A DNA stretch of 64,000 nt from Vicugna vicugna. Lineage: Eukaryota. Positions 14,663-28,685 of the stretch are shown piece after piece. Within the stretch, counting starts at the first letter, position 1, and each line of letters begins with the position of its first letter. Both the position numbers and the translations under genes were made by a program. The notes beneath the pieces were generated by a model that was not told where the DNA came from, made no database searches, and saw only the letters and a program-made list of their open reading frames with translations. The DNA is taken from assembly GCA_013265495.1 (NCBI GenBank), contig MU061579.1, forward strand, positions 6,300,124 through 6,364,123, written 5' to 3'.

Positions 14663-14856
14663 CAGCACTGTATTCCTGCGATGGTGAAAATGCTTTATAT
14701 TTGTACTGTTCAATAAGGCAGCTACTAGACAAATGTGGCTACTGAACACGTGAAACGTGACGAGTGCCTATGGAACTGAATTTTTCATTTTAATAAATTT
14801 TAACTTCAATTTAAAAAGCCAGGTGTTGCTAATGGCTACCATATAGGAGAGTGCTG
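14663..14856. mobile_element. MER3-like hAT-Charlie MITE with intact 8-bp TSD
   Basis: Termini cagcactg...gagtgctg, core atgtggctactgaacac, TTCTAGAA on both sides (14655-14662 and 14857-14864). Confidence 0.85.
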
Positions 14857-15166
14857 TTCTAGAACGTCCATTGTGAGGTTGTGATAGTGGGAAACATTGT
14901 ATGACTACTTAAAGGAAAGAAAAATATAATTCTTAAGGAGTGAAAATAATTTTTTAAGTAGAGAAAGAGCGGGATATACCCAATGGTTTCTTGTTATAAC
15001 AAAATTGAATAGAAAAAGAAACTCAAAATTATTAGATCTAGAAGCAGCCAGAGAGCTCTTGGTTCAACCAGATGAATTGTTTCAGTATTCTGTAGTCTCA
15101 GCCTACTGCTGCCCTCTTAGGTTATGTTTTGACAAGAGGCAATTACACAAAAAGGACACATTTTGA

Positions 15167-15592
<426 letters not shown>

Positions 15593-15941
15593 TAAAAGAA
15601 AAAATAGGAATAACATTGATAAGGAAGGAGTGGGTAGCTATAATTTTAAAGTGATAGATCACCTAATCAGAATTTCTACTTTCTTCCATATCAACTTTCT
15701 AATAGGAACAATTCAAGTTGGTCTGGTCCTGACAGTATATTGTTAATGACTATTGAAAAAAAATGTTATTAATTTTCTGTAACTGTATCTGAGCAACTAG
15801 AAAAGTCATTTATAAAAAACATTGAATACATTTCAGAACACAACATTTTAAGAAAAAATCATGTGGTGACTAGGAAAATGACATCAAAATATTTTGAATG
15901 AGACAAATCCTGCATATTTAAGAGTTAAATGAAGAGTTACT

Positions 15942-16785
15942 CTTCATTTCTGATTTTGTTTGAGTTCTTTTTTTCTTGGTTAGTCTAGCTAAAGCTTTGT
16001 CATTGTTGTTTCTTATCAAAGAACCAAATCTTCATTTCATTGATCTATTTCTACTGTTTTTTTCATTTATATGCACTATAATATTTATTTCCTTCCTCCT
16101 ATTAACTTTGGACTTGTTTGTTCTTTTTCTAATTTCTTTAAGTATGAAGTAAGATTATTTATTTGTAATTTTTCTTGTTTCCTGAGGTAAGCCTGTATCA
16201 TCATAAACTTTCTTCTTACAACTGCTTTAGCTGCATTCCATAGATTTTGGTATGTTGTGTTTCTGTTTTCATTTGTCTATATATTTTTTATTTTGTCCTT
16301 AATTTCCTAGTGATCCATTGGTTGTTTACTAGCATGTTGTTTAATCTCTACATTTTTGTGATTTTTCCAGTTTCTTCTTGTAGTTGATTACTAGTTTCAT
16401 GCCTTTTTTTTTTTTTTTTTTTTTGCTGGAGAATACATTTGAAAGGATTTCAATCTCCTTGAATTCACAGAGACTTCTTTTGTGGCCTAATGCGCAATCT
16501 AGTCTGAAGAAGTCTATGTGCACTTGAGAAAAATGTATATTCTGCTGCTTTTGAATGGAATGTTCTATATATACCTATTAGGTTCATTTTACTTAATGTG
16601 TTTGTTTAAAGTTGATGTTTCCTTATTGATTTTTTGTATGGATGAACTATCCATTGATGTAAGTAGTATATTAAAGTCCCTTATTATTATTGTATTTCTG
16701 TCAATTTCTCCCTTTAGATCAGTTGATATTTGTTTTATTTATTTTGGTGCTTCTTTATTATGTGAATATATATTTATAAATGTAA
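15942..16785 (-). mobile_element. Inverted 5' segment of an L1 (ORF2 endonuclease/linker region)
   Basis: Minus-strand ORF2 remnants (FFRLDCALGHKRSL, matching the IDHMLGHK motif region). Confidence 0.9.
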
Positions 16786-16788
16786 TAC

Positions 16789-19660
16789 CTAGAGGAGAAA
16801 TTACAACTGATACCACTAAAATAAAAAAGATTATAATAAACTACTACAAACAATTACACACCAAAAAACCTAGAAGAAATAGGTAAGTTCCTAGAAATGA
16901 GCAATCTTCCAAGACTGAATCATGAAGAAATAGAAAATATGAACAGATCGATTTCTAGTAAAGAAGATTGAAACAGTAATCAAAAACTTCCCAACAAACA
17001 AAAATCCAGGACCAGATGAATTCATGGGTGAATTCTACCAAACAGTCAAAGAATATATAATACCAATCCTTCTCAAACTCTTCCAAAAAGTTGAAAAGGA
17101 GTGAACTCTCCCAACCTCATTTTATGAAGCCAGTGTGACTCTGGTACCAAAACCAGACAAGGATATTACAAAAAAAGAGAAAGTTACAGGCCAATATCCT
17201 TGATGAACATAGGTGCAAAAATTCTCAATAAAATATTAGCAAACTGACTCCAATAATACATTAAAATAATCATATGCCACGATCAAGTGGGATTTATTCC
17301 AGGGATACAAGGATAGTTCAACATTCACAAATCAATCAACATGATGCATCATATTAACAAAATGAAGGATAAGAACCATATGATCATCTCAATAGAAGCA
17401 GAAAAGGAATCTGATAAAATTCAACATCCATATATGATAGAAACTGTCAGCAAAGTGGGTAAAGAGAAAAGGTACCTCAACATAATAAGAGTCATATATG
17501 ACAAACCCACAGCAAACATCATTCTCAATGGTGAAAAGCTGAAAGCATTTACACTATGATCAGGAACAGGACAAGGATGCTCACTCTCACCACTTTTATT
17601 CAACTTAGTACTGAAAGTCTTAGCCATAGCAGTTAAACAAGAAAAAAAAAAGGCATCCAAATCAAAAAATAAAATGTAAAACTCACTATTTGCACATGGT
17701 ATAATACTGCATATAGAAAGCTCTAAAAATTCATGAAAAAACTGGAAGAACTAATATATCAATTCAGTAAAGTTTCAGAACACAAAATCAATATACAGAA
17801 AGCTGTGGCATTTCCATATACTAATAATGAACTAGCAGAATGAGAAATTAAGAAAGCAATCCCATTTACAATTGCAACCAAAAAAAAAAACCTAGTAATA
17901 AATTTAACTAAGGAGGTGAAATACCTGTACACTAAAAACTGTAAGACATCAAAAAAAGAAATTGGTGAAGACACAAATAAATGGAATGATATCCTGTGCT
18001 CATGGACTGGAAGAATTAATATTATCAAAATATCCACACTAACTAAAGCAATCTACAGAGTCAGTGCACTCCCTAACAAAATTTCAGACATTTTTCACAG
18101 AACTAGAGCAAATAACTTTAAAATTTGTATGGAAACACAAAAGAACCCAAATAGCTAAAGCAATCTTGAAATAAAAAACAAAACTGAAGGGATCATGCTC
18201 CCTGATTTCAAACTATACTACAAGTCTACAGTAATCAAAACAATATGGTATTTGTCAAAAAACATACACATAAATCAGTGGAACAGAATAGAGAACCCAG
18301 AAGTAAACCCACACATATATGGAGAATTAATTTATGACATTGGAGCCAAGAACATACCACAGAGAAAGGAAAGTCTCTTCAATGAATGGTATTGGGAAAA
18401 CTGAACAGTCACATGCAAAACAATAAAACTAGACCAGTATCTTATACCATACATAAAAATTAACTCAAAATGGATTAAAGACTTGAATGTAACACTGAAA
18501 ATCCTAGAGGAAAACATAGGCATAACCTCTTGACATTGGTCTTAGAAATGTTTTTTTTTGGATCTGACTCCGAAGACAAAGGAAACAAAAGCAAAAATAA
18601 ACAACTACATCAAACTAAAAACCTTCTGGGCAGTAGAGGAAATCATCATCAAAACGAAAAGGGAACCTACTGAGTGAGAAAAGATGTTTACAAATCATAT
18701 GTTTGACAAGGGGTTAATATCCAAAATATATAAAGAAGGCATATAACACAACAATGAAAAAAACCCAAACAACTCAATTTAAAATGGGCAGGGGACCTAA
18801 ATAGACACTTTTCCAAAGAAGACATACAGATGGCCAATAGGCATATTAAAAGATGTTCAACACCACTAGTTATTAGGGAAATGAGAATCCACACCACAAT
18901 GAGTTATCTAAAAACTCTCAAGGTGGCTATTATCAAAAAGACAAGAAATAAAAAGTGTTGGAGAGGATATGGAGAAAAGAGAACCTTTATACATTTTGCT
19001 GTTGGTGGGAATGTAAATTGGTGGGAATGTATTTGGTCTAAACAGTATGAAAAACAGTATGAAGAATTGAGAATATAATTACCATATGATCCAGTTATTC
19101 CATTTTTGGATATTTATCCAAAGAATACAAAATTACCAATTTGAAAAGATATATGCAGCCTATGTTTATTGCAGCATTATTTGTAATAGCCAAGATATGG
19201 AAACAACTCAAGTGTCCATACATGGGTGAATGGATAAGAAAGATGTGATACATATATACAATGGAATACTACTCAGCGATAAAAAAGAATGACATCTTGC
19301 CATTTGCAACAACGTAGCTGGACCTTGAGAATATTATGGCAAGTGAAGTAAGTCAGACAGAGAAAGACAAATAGCATATGATTTCACTCATATGTGGAAT
19401 CTAAAACACAAAACAAAACAAAAACCAAGTAATCAAACAAAGCAAAACAAAAAGAAACTCAGAAATACAGATATCAGATTGGTGACTACCACCCAGAAAG
19501 GAGGGAGGTTTTGGAAGGGTACACAAAATGTTTGAAGAATGTCACTTGATAGTTGGTAACTAGATTTTTGGTGTTGCTCACTTTGTACTGTATACAGATT
19601 TTGAATTGTAACGTTGTACACCTGAAGCATATATAATCAATTTTACCTAAATTAAAAAAA
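16789..19660 (+). mobile_element. L1 ORF2 (RT, C-terminus), 3' UTR and A tail; pseudogenised
   Basis: [70 protein letters not shown]. Many stops and frameshifts. Confidence 0.95.
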
Positions 19661-20059
19661 AAGTTACTTTTGTTTAAAATTCTTACTCTTATCAGGAAAC
19701 AAACAAAAATTTAAATAATTTTCTTGCTGTACATACTATCTCTTTCAGTGATCCAGAACTTGTACTTCTAAACTACATTCTAATGAGAAATATAACTGAA
19801 AAATTTATTTTATTACTCCAGAGGAAGAACAAACTTTTTATCCTTTAAAGAAAACCAAGAATATTTTTCTGTGTTTTTACTTGTATTATGAACAGTAGCA
19901 ATGTGGTTTTCACGGGGTTAGATTTTTGTACTGATTTTAAATAAATTACTAAGATAAGTAATTAATTTGACACATATTAATTGAACTTCTGAAATAGGGA
20001 ATGAGCTATGCTAGACATTATGATAAATACAGAGCTTATATAGGATAATACATGTCCTA

Positions 20060-20378
20060 AAGCTGCATTTTCCATAATGATGGCCACTATCCACATGTGT
20101 CCATGGAGCACTCGAAATATGGCTAGTCCAAATTGAGATGTACTATAAGAGTCAAATACACACTGGATTCCAAAGACTTGGCACAAAAAAGAAAATAGAA
20201 AAAATTTCAGTAATTTGTTTAAATTGTTTTCATTGTAAATGACAATATTTTGCTTATGCAGTTAAATAAAAACATATTACTAAACTTAGTCTCACCACTT
20301 CAAAATTTTATGTGGCTAAATAGAACATTTTAAATTATTTATGTATTTCAAACTATATTTCTATGCAACAGCATTGCT
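20060..20378. mobile_element. MER33-like hAT-Charlie element
   Basis: gccactatccacatgtg...gaaatatggctagtccaaattgagatgt...aaatacacactggatt. Confidence 0.75.
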
Positions 20379-20669
20379 GTAAATATAATCTAGCAGAGTA
20401 TGCCAAACATTTATACAAAGTCAACTTTGTAATACAGCAAATAATTAGACTCATAGTATCAACAGTGTACTAATAGTTATTCAGAGGAGGGTAATGGTTC
20501 TTCTGGAAGGTAAAATCCATAGAAGTTTCATGCTGGTTGTGCTATTTTATCTGAGCTTTGTTAAGTTGGTAGAGATTTGGCTATTGGAAAAAGTATGTTT
20601 GGCTGAGGAGATGGAATGAATTTGAGTGGGGATGGTAGGCATAACTTAGCAGGAATTCGTAAGTCATGT

Positions 20670-22180
20670 AAGAATGAAGCTGGAGGAATAACCCTCCCAG
20701 ACTTCAGATAATACTAGAGAGCTACAGTAATCAAAACAGCATGAGATTGGCATAAAAACAGACATACGGATCAATGGAACAGAATAGAAAGCCAGAAATA
20801 AACCCACAGACCTAGGATCAATTAATCTTTGACAAAAGAGGCAAGAATATATAATGGAGAGAAGACAGTCTCTTTAGCAAGTGGTGTTGGAAAACTGGAC
20901 AGCAGCATGTAAATCAATGGAGTTAGAACACTCTTTCACACCATACACAAAAATGAACTCAAAATGGCTTAAAGACAAGTATGAGACAAGACATGATAAA
21001 CCTCCTAGAAGAAAATATAGGCAAAACATTCTCTGACATAAATCTTAGCAACATTCTCCTAGGGCAGTCTACCCAGGCAATAGAAATAAAAACAAAAATT
21101 AACAAGTGGGACCTAATTAAACTTATAAGCTTTTGCACAGCAAAGGAAACCGTAAGGAAAGCATAATGACAACCTATGGAATGTGAGAAAATATTTGCAA
21201 ATGATGTGACGGACAAAGGCTTAATTTCCAGAATGTATAAACAGCTCATACAACTTAAGAACAAAAAAAACAAACAAACATGAAATGAACCCAAAAATGA
21301 ACAGAAGACCCAAAACAAGCAATTCTCCAATGAAGACATACAAATGGCTGAAAGGCATGTGAAAAAATGTTCAATATCACTAATTATCAGATAAATGCAA
21401 ATCAAAACTACAATTAAGTATCACCTCAGACTAGCCAGAATGGACATCATTAAAAAGTTCATGAATGACAAATGCTGGAGAGAGTGTGGAGAAAAGGGAA
21501 CCCTTCTATGCTACTGGTCAGAATGCAGTTTGGTACAGCCATTATGGAAAACAGTATGGAAATTCCTCAAAAAACTAAAAATGAACATATCAAATGATCC
21601 AGCAATCCCACTCCTGGGTATATATCTGGCAGGACCTCTAATTCAAAAAGATACATGCACCCCAATGTTCCTAGCAGCATTATATACAATAGCCAAGACA
21701 TGGAAGAAAGCTAAATGTCCAACAGATGACTGGATAAAGAAGCTATGGTCTATTTATACAATGGAATACTACTCAACCATAAAAAGAATAAAATAATGTC
21801 ATTTGCAGCAACATGGATGGACCTAGAGATTGTCATTCTAAGTGTAGTAAGCCAGAAAGAGAAAGTAAAATACCATATACCATTTACATGTGGAATCTAA
21901 GAAAAGAAAAAAAGAAGACATTAATGAACTAATCTACAAAACAGAAACAGACTTGCAGACATAGTAAGTAATCTTATGGTTACTGGGGGAAAAGGGGTGG
22001 GAAGAGATAAACTTGGGAGATTAAAAAATTTCTTCTGTATAGCACAGGGAACTATATTCAATATCATGTAATAACTTTTAATGAAAAATAATATATTTAT
22101 GTATATGCATGACTGGGACATTGTGCTGTACACCAGAAATTAACACATTGTAACTGACAATGGTTCAAAAAAAAAATAAA
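20670..22180 (+). mobile_element. 5'-truncated L1, ORF2 C-terminus plus lineage-specific 3' UTR
   Basis: ORF 21395-21796 contains [27 protein letters not shown]. 3' end gactgggacattgtgctgtacaccagaaat followed by an A tail. Confidence 0.92.
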
Positions 22181-22799
22181 AGAACCACTAGAATAATTTC
22201 TAAGATGCCAAAAGGCTTTCAAGTGATTTCCATGCATTGTGTCATTAATTCCTCACAAAAAAACCCTCTGAGGCATTATCATTGTTCTCATTTTACAAGA
22301 AACTCAGACATAGAAATTTTAGGCAACTTGCCCATGGACTCACAACTTCTCAAGTGTCGGAACTAGGATTCAAACTGAGAAAATATGCTTCACACAAGTG
22401 CAACCACTGTGTGCCGTTCCCTCTTTGCAGATAAAGCTAGGATTCTTAGTCAAAGATACAGGATGGATTCTAGGACCTTCAGGTTCTCCCTGGAAGTTGG
22501 CATGACAATTTCACTACACTATGCTCCAGTGCAGAGGTGATAGTAAAATTATTTAATACATGATAGGACATGGATTCTGGTCATTTGCACTGAAAGGAGC
22601 CATTTGATCTGAAGTGCAGGGTCCTGGAGACATTAACTCCTTACTTACTGTTTTGGGGGAAACCCTGGCATTCCTGGGAGGTTTGTGTAGGGTAGCAGAG
22701 TCTATTAAACCATTGATACTGAAAATCATTTATCAAGAACAGCATAGCTAGAGAGGTGTATCCCCACCATCAGTGTCTCCTCTGTGCATTTTCATTTCC

Positions 22800-25640
22800 A
22801 TCCTAGGGCATTTGCAGTGGCTGCCCCTGCGTTTGGGGGCTTCTTCCCTCTGATAGTCACATAGCTGGCTATTTTCCATCCAGGTCTCAGCTCAAGTATC
22901 ACCCCCTTCACCCTACTCCTCCATCTCCTTATCTACAGTCACTCTTTAACCCCTGACTCTTTTAAAACTTACTTCGCAGCACTTACCATTCATTGAAATC
23001 ATTAGATTTATTTACTTATTCATTACATTTCTACTTGCCTTTGCTCCCTGAGAAGGCAAGTCCATGAGGGAAGGACCTATTCCACCCTGTTCGGGCCCTG
23101 TACTCAGTGATTACAACCGTGCCCGGCACCTCGTAGGCACTCTGCGTATTTGTGACTGGAGGGATGAGGGGAGGGCTGTAGAGTTCATTAGATTCTACAT
23201 GTTTTAGAACTGTTGACTTAAAGGAATGCTTGAGTAGTCCCAGATCAGTGGTCTAGAGCCTGGCTGTACAAACGCTTAGCTGGCAGGCCAAGGGGTGATT
23301 TGGATCAACGTGAAGATTTGAGAGCAGAGGAAGGTTACATCGGGGTGCTCTCTCAACAGCTAGATTTAGCGCTTTACTTCCTGAGGTCACTATGTTGATA
23401 TGATGCTGTGGAGTGCCCGGAGGGAGACCAGTGAGGGCGGCTGTCGGAATTCTCTGGCAGGAGGTGGTGAGCACCTCTTTGTGATGATGGTAGACAATGG
23501 AATGAAAGCCTTTAGGTGAGAGAGGACAGACTTGAGGTACCAAATATGAAACAAATCCATCTTTCAGTCTGCAGTATTTTCTCTGTGGCCCGACTTCATG
23601 AATTCATTAATCAAATTAGCCAAGCTAGATAATTAAGGGGTTTATATAGCTTTTCCTCAATGAAAGTCCCATTCAGTGATTGTCCCTGTCTTTTGCATGA
23701 GCTCTTCTCTGCTTTGATTCTAGAGCAGCACTCTCCATCTGCTTGCCTGAGCAGTTCCTCCTGGTCATCTCTCACAGCTCTGCTGAAGTGTGACTTCTCC
23801 CTGGAAGCCCTCCCTGACCCCTGCTCCAAGTTAGCTGTTCCCTGCATGTGTTTCCACAATGTTCTATACTTTCCCCCATCACTGTAGTTACCGTATTTTA
23901 TCATAATCACTAGCCTTCCAATAGACAAGTGTTTCTCAACCTTTTTTGTTTTCCCTCCTAAGGAGTCTCTAAACTATATGTCTGTTTATGTATTATATGT
24001 GTATCTATATTTTATACATTAAAAGTTTAAACTTTTTTGTCTTGCCCCAGAGTAAATTTTCTCTCCTTGAGGGTGATGTTAGTTTGGTTGGGAATGTGGG
24101 CAATCAACCATGCAGGCACATCCACTGTCTTGCTCAGCTTGTATGGTCAGTGCCAGGCACGTAGTACACACTTGAAAATTATTTGTGAGTAATTAGATAA
24201 AGGAGACAATTTTTCATAACTTAACATTGCCCAACCTTGAAATTTATCATCTTGAAACTATACTGGGATTTAAAAAAATTACGTTTTAAATGCCTGCTGC
24301 CTTTCATATATGAATCTGCTGCTAATGTCATTTTTTTTTCCTTCTGGATAAGTTTGTATAGGGTTTTCCAGAGTCACTTTTTGGGCCCTTTCTCATGCCT
24401 AAACTAAGTCTTTACAAGTAAGTTTGTTGGTGTTGAGAAAGAATCTGTGGCTAGAGAAAATTCTCCTCTTTTAAAACTAACATACCTAAATGGGAACTGA
24501 AACCATGACCTCTATTTTTATGAGAACAGACTTCTTCCATAAAGTTTAGAATTTTAAAAAATCCATCTCAGCTAGGCAGTATTAGAATGTGCTATTTTTT
24601 CAGGAAATGGAAGTAGCCATAAAAGGTGGAGCTCGGCATTAATGAACACTATATTATGCATACATTTATAGATGTAGCATCAATGAGGGGAAGGCATCTG
24701 TCAAAATTAAAACTGTTTTCCACGGAGAAGGCAAGCAGGAAATATTCATATGTATGTATATGGATATAAACACACATACATTCACATACAAATAATTCCA
24801 AGGTGTGGCCTTAATGTACTATGCCTGTTTACCAAAGAAGTGAATATATCACCCATTACTTCATGCTTGTGAGGCTCTCTGTTCATCTTATTCTTCAGCC
24901 TCCACCTTCCATTCAGTCCTCTATTAATTCATTCAACAAAGACTTCCTGCATCCATGGGCCACGCACACGGTGTTTCTGTCCATGCATGGTCTCATTCTT
25001 CCCTTCCCTCTCTATGGACTATTTTCATCTCAGAGGGCAGAGTGAGCTTTTGAACCATCAGTCAGATTACCTCCTGCCTCTGCTCCAAGCCCTGCAATGA
25101 CTATCAGTTTCACTCAAAGTCAAAGATTCTAAATGAACTTGGCCCCACTGACTCTAGGGCATTCCTTTCCATTGTCTCCTCTTCACTTAACTGTAGGCAC
25201 AACAGCTCTCTGGCTGTCTGGAACTCGCCACCTATCCATCGGCTTTGGGTTTTTGTATTAGCAGTTCCCCTGCCTGAAGTGCTCTTCCAACCATCAGATA
25301 CCTGCATGGCTAACACCTTCATCTCCTTTAACGTTATCAGATTTCACCTTCTGAGGCTTACCTTGATTCTGTTTCTTATTTCAGTCTGTTCCTACCCACA
25401 CAGCCTGACACTCCTTACCTTGCTCTGATTTTCTCCTTTCCTCTAAAACATTGTTACCTTCAAGCACGTATTTCCCCATTTATTATGTTTATCGTAGGAG
25501 CACCTCCATCATCCTACAGCTAGGACATAAGCTCCTTGAGGGCAAGGAACTTTATCTGTTTCGTTCACTAATGAATCACAAGGACCTAGAAGAGTGTCTG
25601 GCATCTGTTAGGTGCTCAATAAATGTTTGTTGAATGGATG
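22800..25640 (+). mobile_element. Several L2 3'-end fragments (discontinuous)
   Basis: L2 termini such as gtgcccggcacctcgtaggcactc (~23120) and taggtgctcaataaatgtttgttgaatggatgaat (~25610). Confidence 0.55.
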
Positions 25641-27442
25641 AATTCATGAAGAGAGCTTGCATTTTAAATACCAAAAGCGTGAAGAGGAAAGTAAGAAGTG
25701 TCAAGAAGAAAAGTAAGTTCACATCAGAGGGTTGTCAGAGCTGGCAGTGCACACTTATAGAAGGGATGGCCAGTGAGGGCTTCACGGTGGAGGTGATTTC
25801 TGGGCTGAGGAGCTATGGTGACAAGAAGCCTATGTGCTTGGGCCAGAAAAGCACATTGGGAGGCAAACAGCAAGTTCCAAGACTGGACTGGGCATCAGTG
25901 TCTCATCAAAGACTCAAAGGAAGACCATTACGGTGAATGCACACATGAGGAACAGAGAAAGGTGCTGAGGCTTGAAAGATAAAGAGGCCCTGGTGATAGT
26001 TCAGATTTCAACAGGATCTGAAAACAGTCATAAAATCAATATATGTGAAAATGTATGGCTGAGAAGAATGATGATTTATCTCTAAACTTTTCCTAGGTTG
26101 TGCTTCAAACTTCCTCTTTTTACAAACATATTCAGGTGAATTCAGTCCACCTTATGTCTATTTGTGCTTTGACAGAAATAAGGCAAGTTTCAAAGAACTG
26201 TCAAAGACTTTTTAGGTGGCAGGAAGTGGTGTGCGTATGTGCTTCTGAAATCACGTCACATAGGTGACTGTCTGTGCTGTTAGGTTATTTGCACCAGCTT
26301 GAGTCGTGACTGCGTTTGACTCTTCCTGTCTGCTCAGAGGCTTTGCTTTGAAGGAGAGAAGGGCTCCAGGGGGCTGTTTCTGTGGGACTCTGACCGAGGC
26401 TGCAGTGTTCCAGTCATACCTAACCTATATATTTACGTGAGCCATCCGTTGGCCCAAGTTTTGCTTAGCCTGAACTTCCTCTTTTTCTTTTTTAAACTGA
26501 TCTCCTGACATGTGATTTCTAGTAAATAATGATACTGCTTCAACACTGAATTCTCACCACATTAAGTAACTTGCTGTGTCAAAGGGAGGAAGCAGGCAGA
26601 GGCTGGTGTCACATCCAGTTCTTCAGAATCACCACTTTCTCACCACTTTGGACTTTCATTACCATCTCCCTGCCCTGCCAGGGTTGACTTTCTTTTCTAT
26701 CTGATTTTTCCTTCCTAACCACATGGAAACCTAAAGAACAATCCTGGCTAAATAAATGAGAAGATTCCAAACTATTGCAAATGTTTGCATTCAGAGGCAC
26801 TTCAGTTGTACTTAGGATTTTTCATTGTAGTAACTTACAAAATTATATTAAGGTTCAAAAATGAAATGGAATTTATAACCCTTATGGTAGCTATTAAGAA
26901 AAGAGGTTAAGAAAAATATAGACTTTTAAAAATCCTTTAAGAGAAATCAGGGTTGTGTCTGTTGTGGGAAATGGTGAATCTAAAATAGCAATAGGGAATT
27001 TTAAATAGTAATTTAAACATTTTTTGGTAACTTAGTTTTATGCTTTCTACACTACAGTTACTTCCAATAATGTGTACGTTACTTCATCCTCCACCCCCTA
27101 CCAATTATAGAAGAAAGTCATTTGAATCTTGAGAAGGAGAGATATCATGTCAATTTCTTTAACCCGGGAAAACTTCAAAAGCCACCTCACTCTTTGCAGT
27201 GATTCAGTTCTGGCACTCCTTGGCTCTGCCTAGACATGTCCTCCCTGCCTGTCATCTAACCTTCCTCTAAGCCATCAGAAAGACCTTCAAAGACACAGTT
27301 TTGACCATGTCACCAAAAACTGATTTTATATTGTACATGAGATGTGAAAGGGAGAAAATGAACAAAACTAGTTTAGTCAGCAACAGGATCCTCTTCTTTT
27401 CTGGGAAGTGCTTTGCCCACCAATTTAATCAGAAGAGAATCT

Positions 27443-27583
27443 TGCCCTCTCTTTTCCTCCTCCTTCCTCTTATTCTTCCCCCTTCCTTTTCTTTCCCTCT
27501 CCCTTCTTCTCCTCTTCTCCCCGCATCTCTTCCCCTCCCTTCCCCTTTCTCCTTCTCTGTTCCTCCTCCTCCTTCCTCCTTCA
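27443..27583. repeat. Polypyrimidine (CT-rich) low-complexity tract
   Basis: About 140 nt that is almost exclusively C/T on the + strand. Confidence 0.9.
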
Positions 27584-28189
27584 CCTGCTGTCCATAAAAG
27601 GGAAGGTTTTCTCTGCTCAGTCAGCAGTATAACTAAACCAGGAATTGTGCACTATATTGATGTGTTTGCATTTATTCTGTTAAAATTATAACATTTAATA
27701 AGTGAAAAATGATGTCCATTAATTCTGACAATTTGCTAGTTCATGAACTGCAACTGGTTTTTTTTTGTAGATATAGCAGCAAACATATCAATTAACAAAT
27801 ACTGATTAAGTGCCTACTATATATGAGACATTATGTAGGGCCTTAAAAGAAAGTAATACCTGTCAAAGTCCTAGTTTTCCAGGAAACCACAGTCCAGTTC
27901 AGGAAATAAAACATAAACACTTTAAAAGTTGTAAAACAATGCAAAAGATAAATAATAGTTGAATACAACAATACAGTAATATCATAAGAGAGGAAGTGAT
28001 GATAAATTGCAAATAAATGACTGAGATGGTAAGTGCTGGGATATTTCAGAGAAGGCAGGAATTCCAGTGGGCTGAGGTGACCTGGGGACACTTTACAGAG
28101 CAAGAGAGTTGTAGAGGATGATTCGTTCTGGAGAGGAAGAGAGAAGGAGGAGTGGGATCCACACAAGGGGGATGACCTGAGCTGAAACT

Positions 28190-28685
28190 TGGAAGTCTAA
28201 AAAAAATGACACAAAGGAACTTATTCACAAAACAGAAACAGATTCACAGACGTGGAAAACAAACTTACTGTTGCCAAAGGAGAAAAAGGATGAGGGAGGG
28301 ATAAATTGGGAGTTTGGTATTAACAGATACAAACTACTATATATAAAATAGATAAACAACAAGGATCTACTGTAATAACCTATAATGGAAAAGAATCTGA
28401 CAAAGAATATATATATATGTATATATATATAAATATGTATGTGTATATGTATATACACATGTGTATGTACCTGAAACATTTTGCTGTACATCTGAAACTT
28501 ACACAACATTGTAAATCAACCATACTGTGATAAATTTGCAACAAGGATAAGTTGTATAGCACAGAGAATTATAGTTATCTGGTAGTAACTTTTAATGGAG
28601 TGTAATCAGTAAAAATACTGAATCACTATGCTGTACATGTAAAACTAACACAATATTGGAACTAAACTATACTTCAATTAAAAAG
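28190..28685 (+). mobile_element. Two tandem cetartiodactyl-type L1 3' UTR ends with an internal (TA)n tract
   Basis: aaacagaaacagattcacagac...gctgtacatctgaaact...aaatcaaccatact, then a second gctgtacatgtaaaact...ctatacttcaattaaaaa. TA-rich run at about 28407-28468. Confidence 0.8.
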
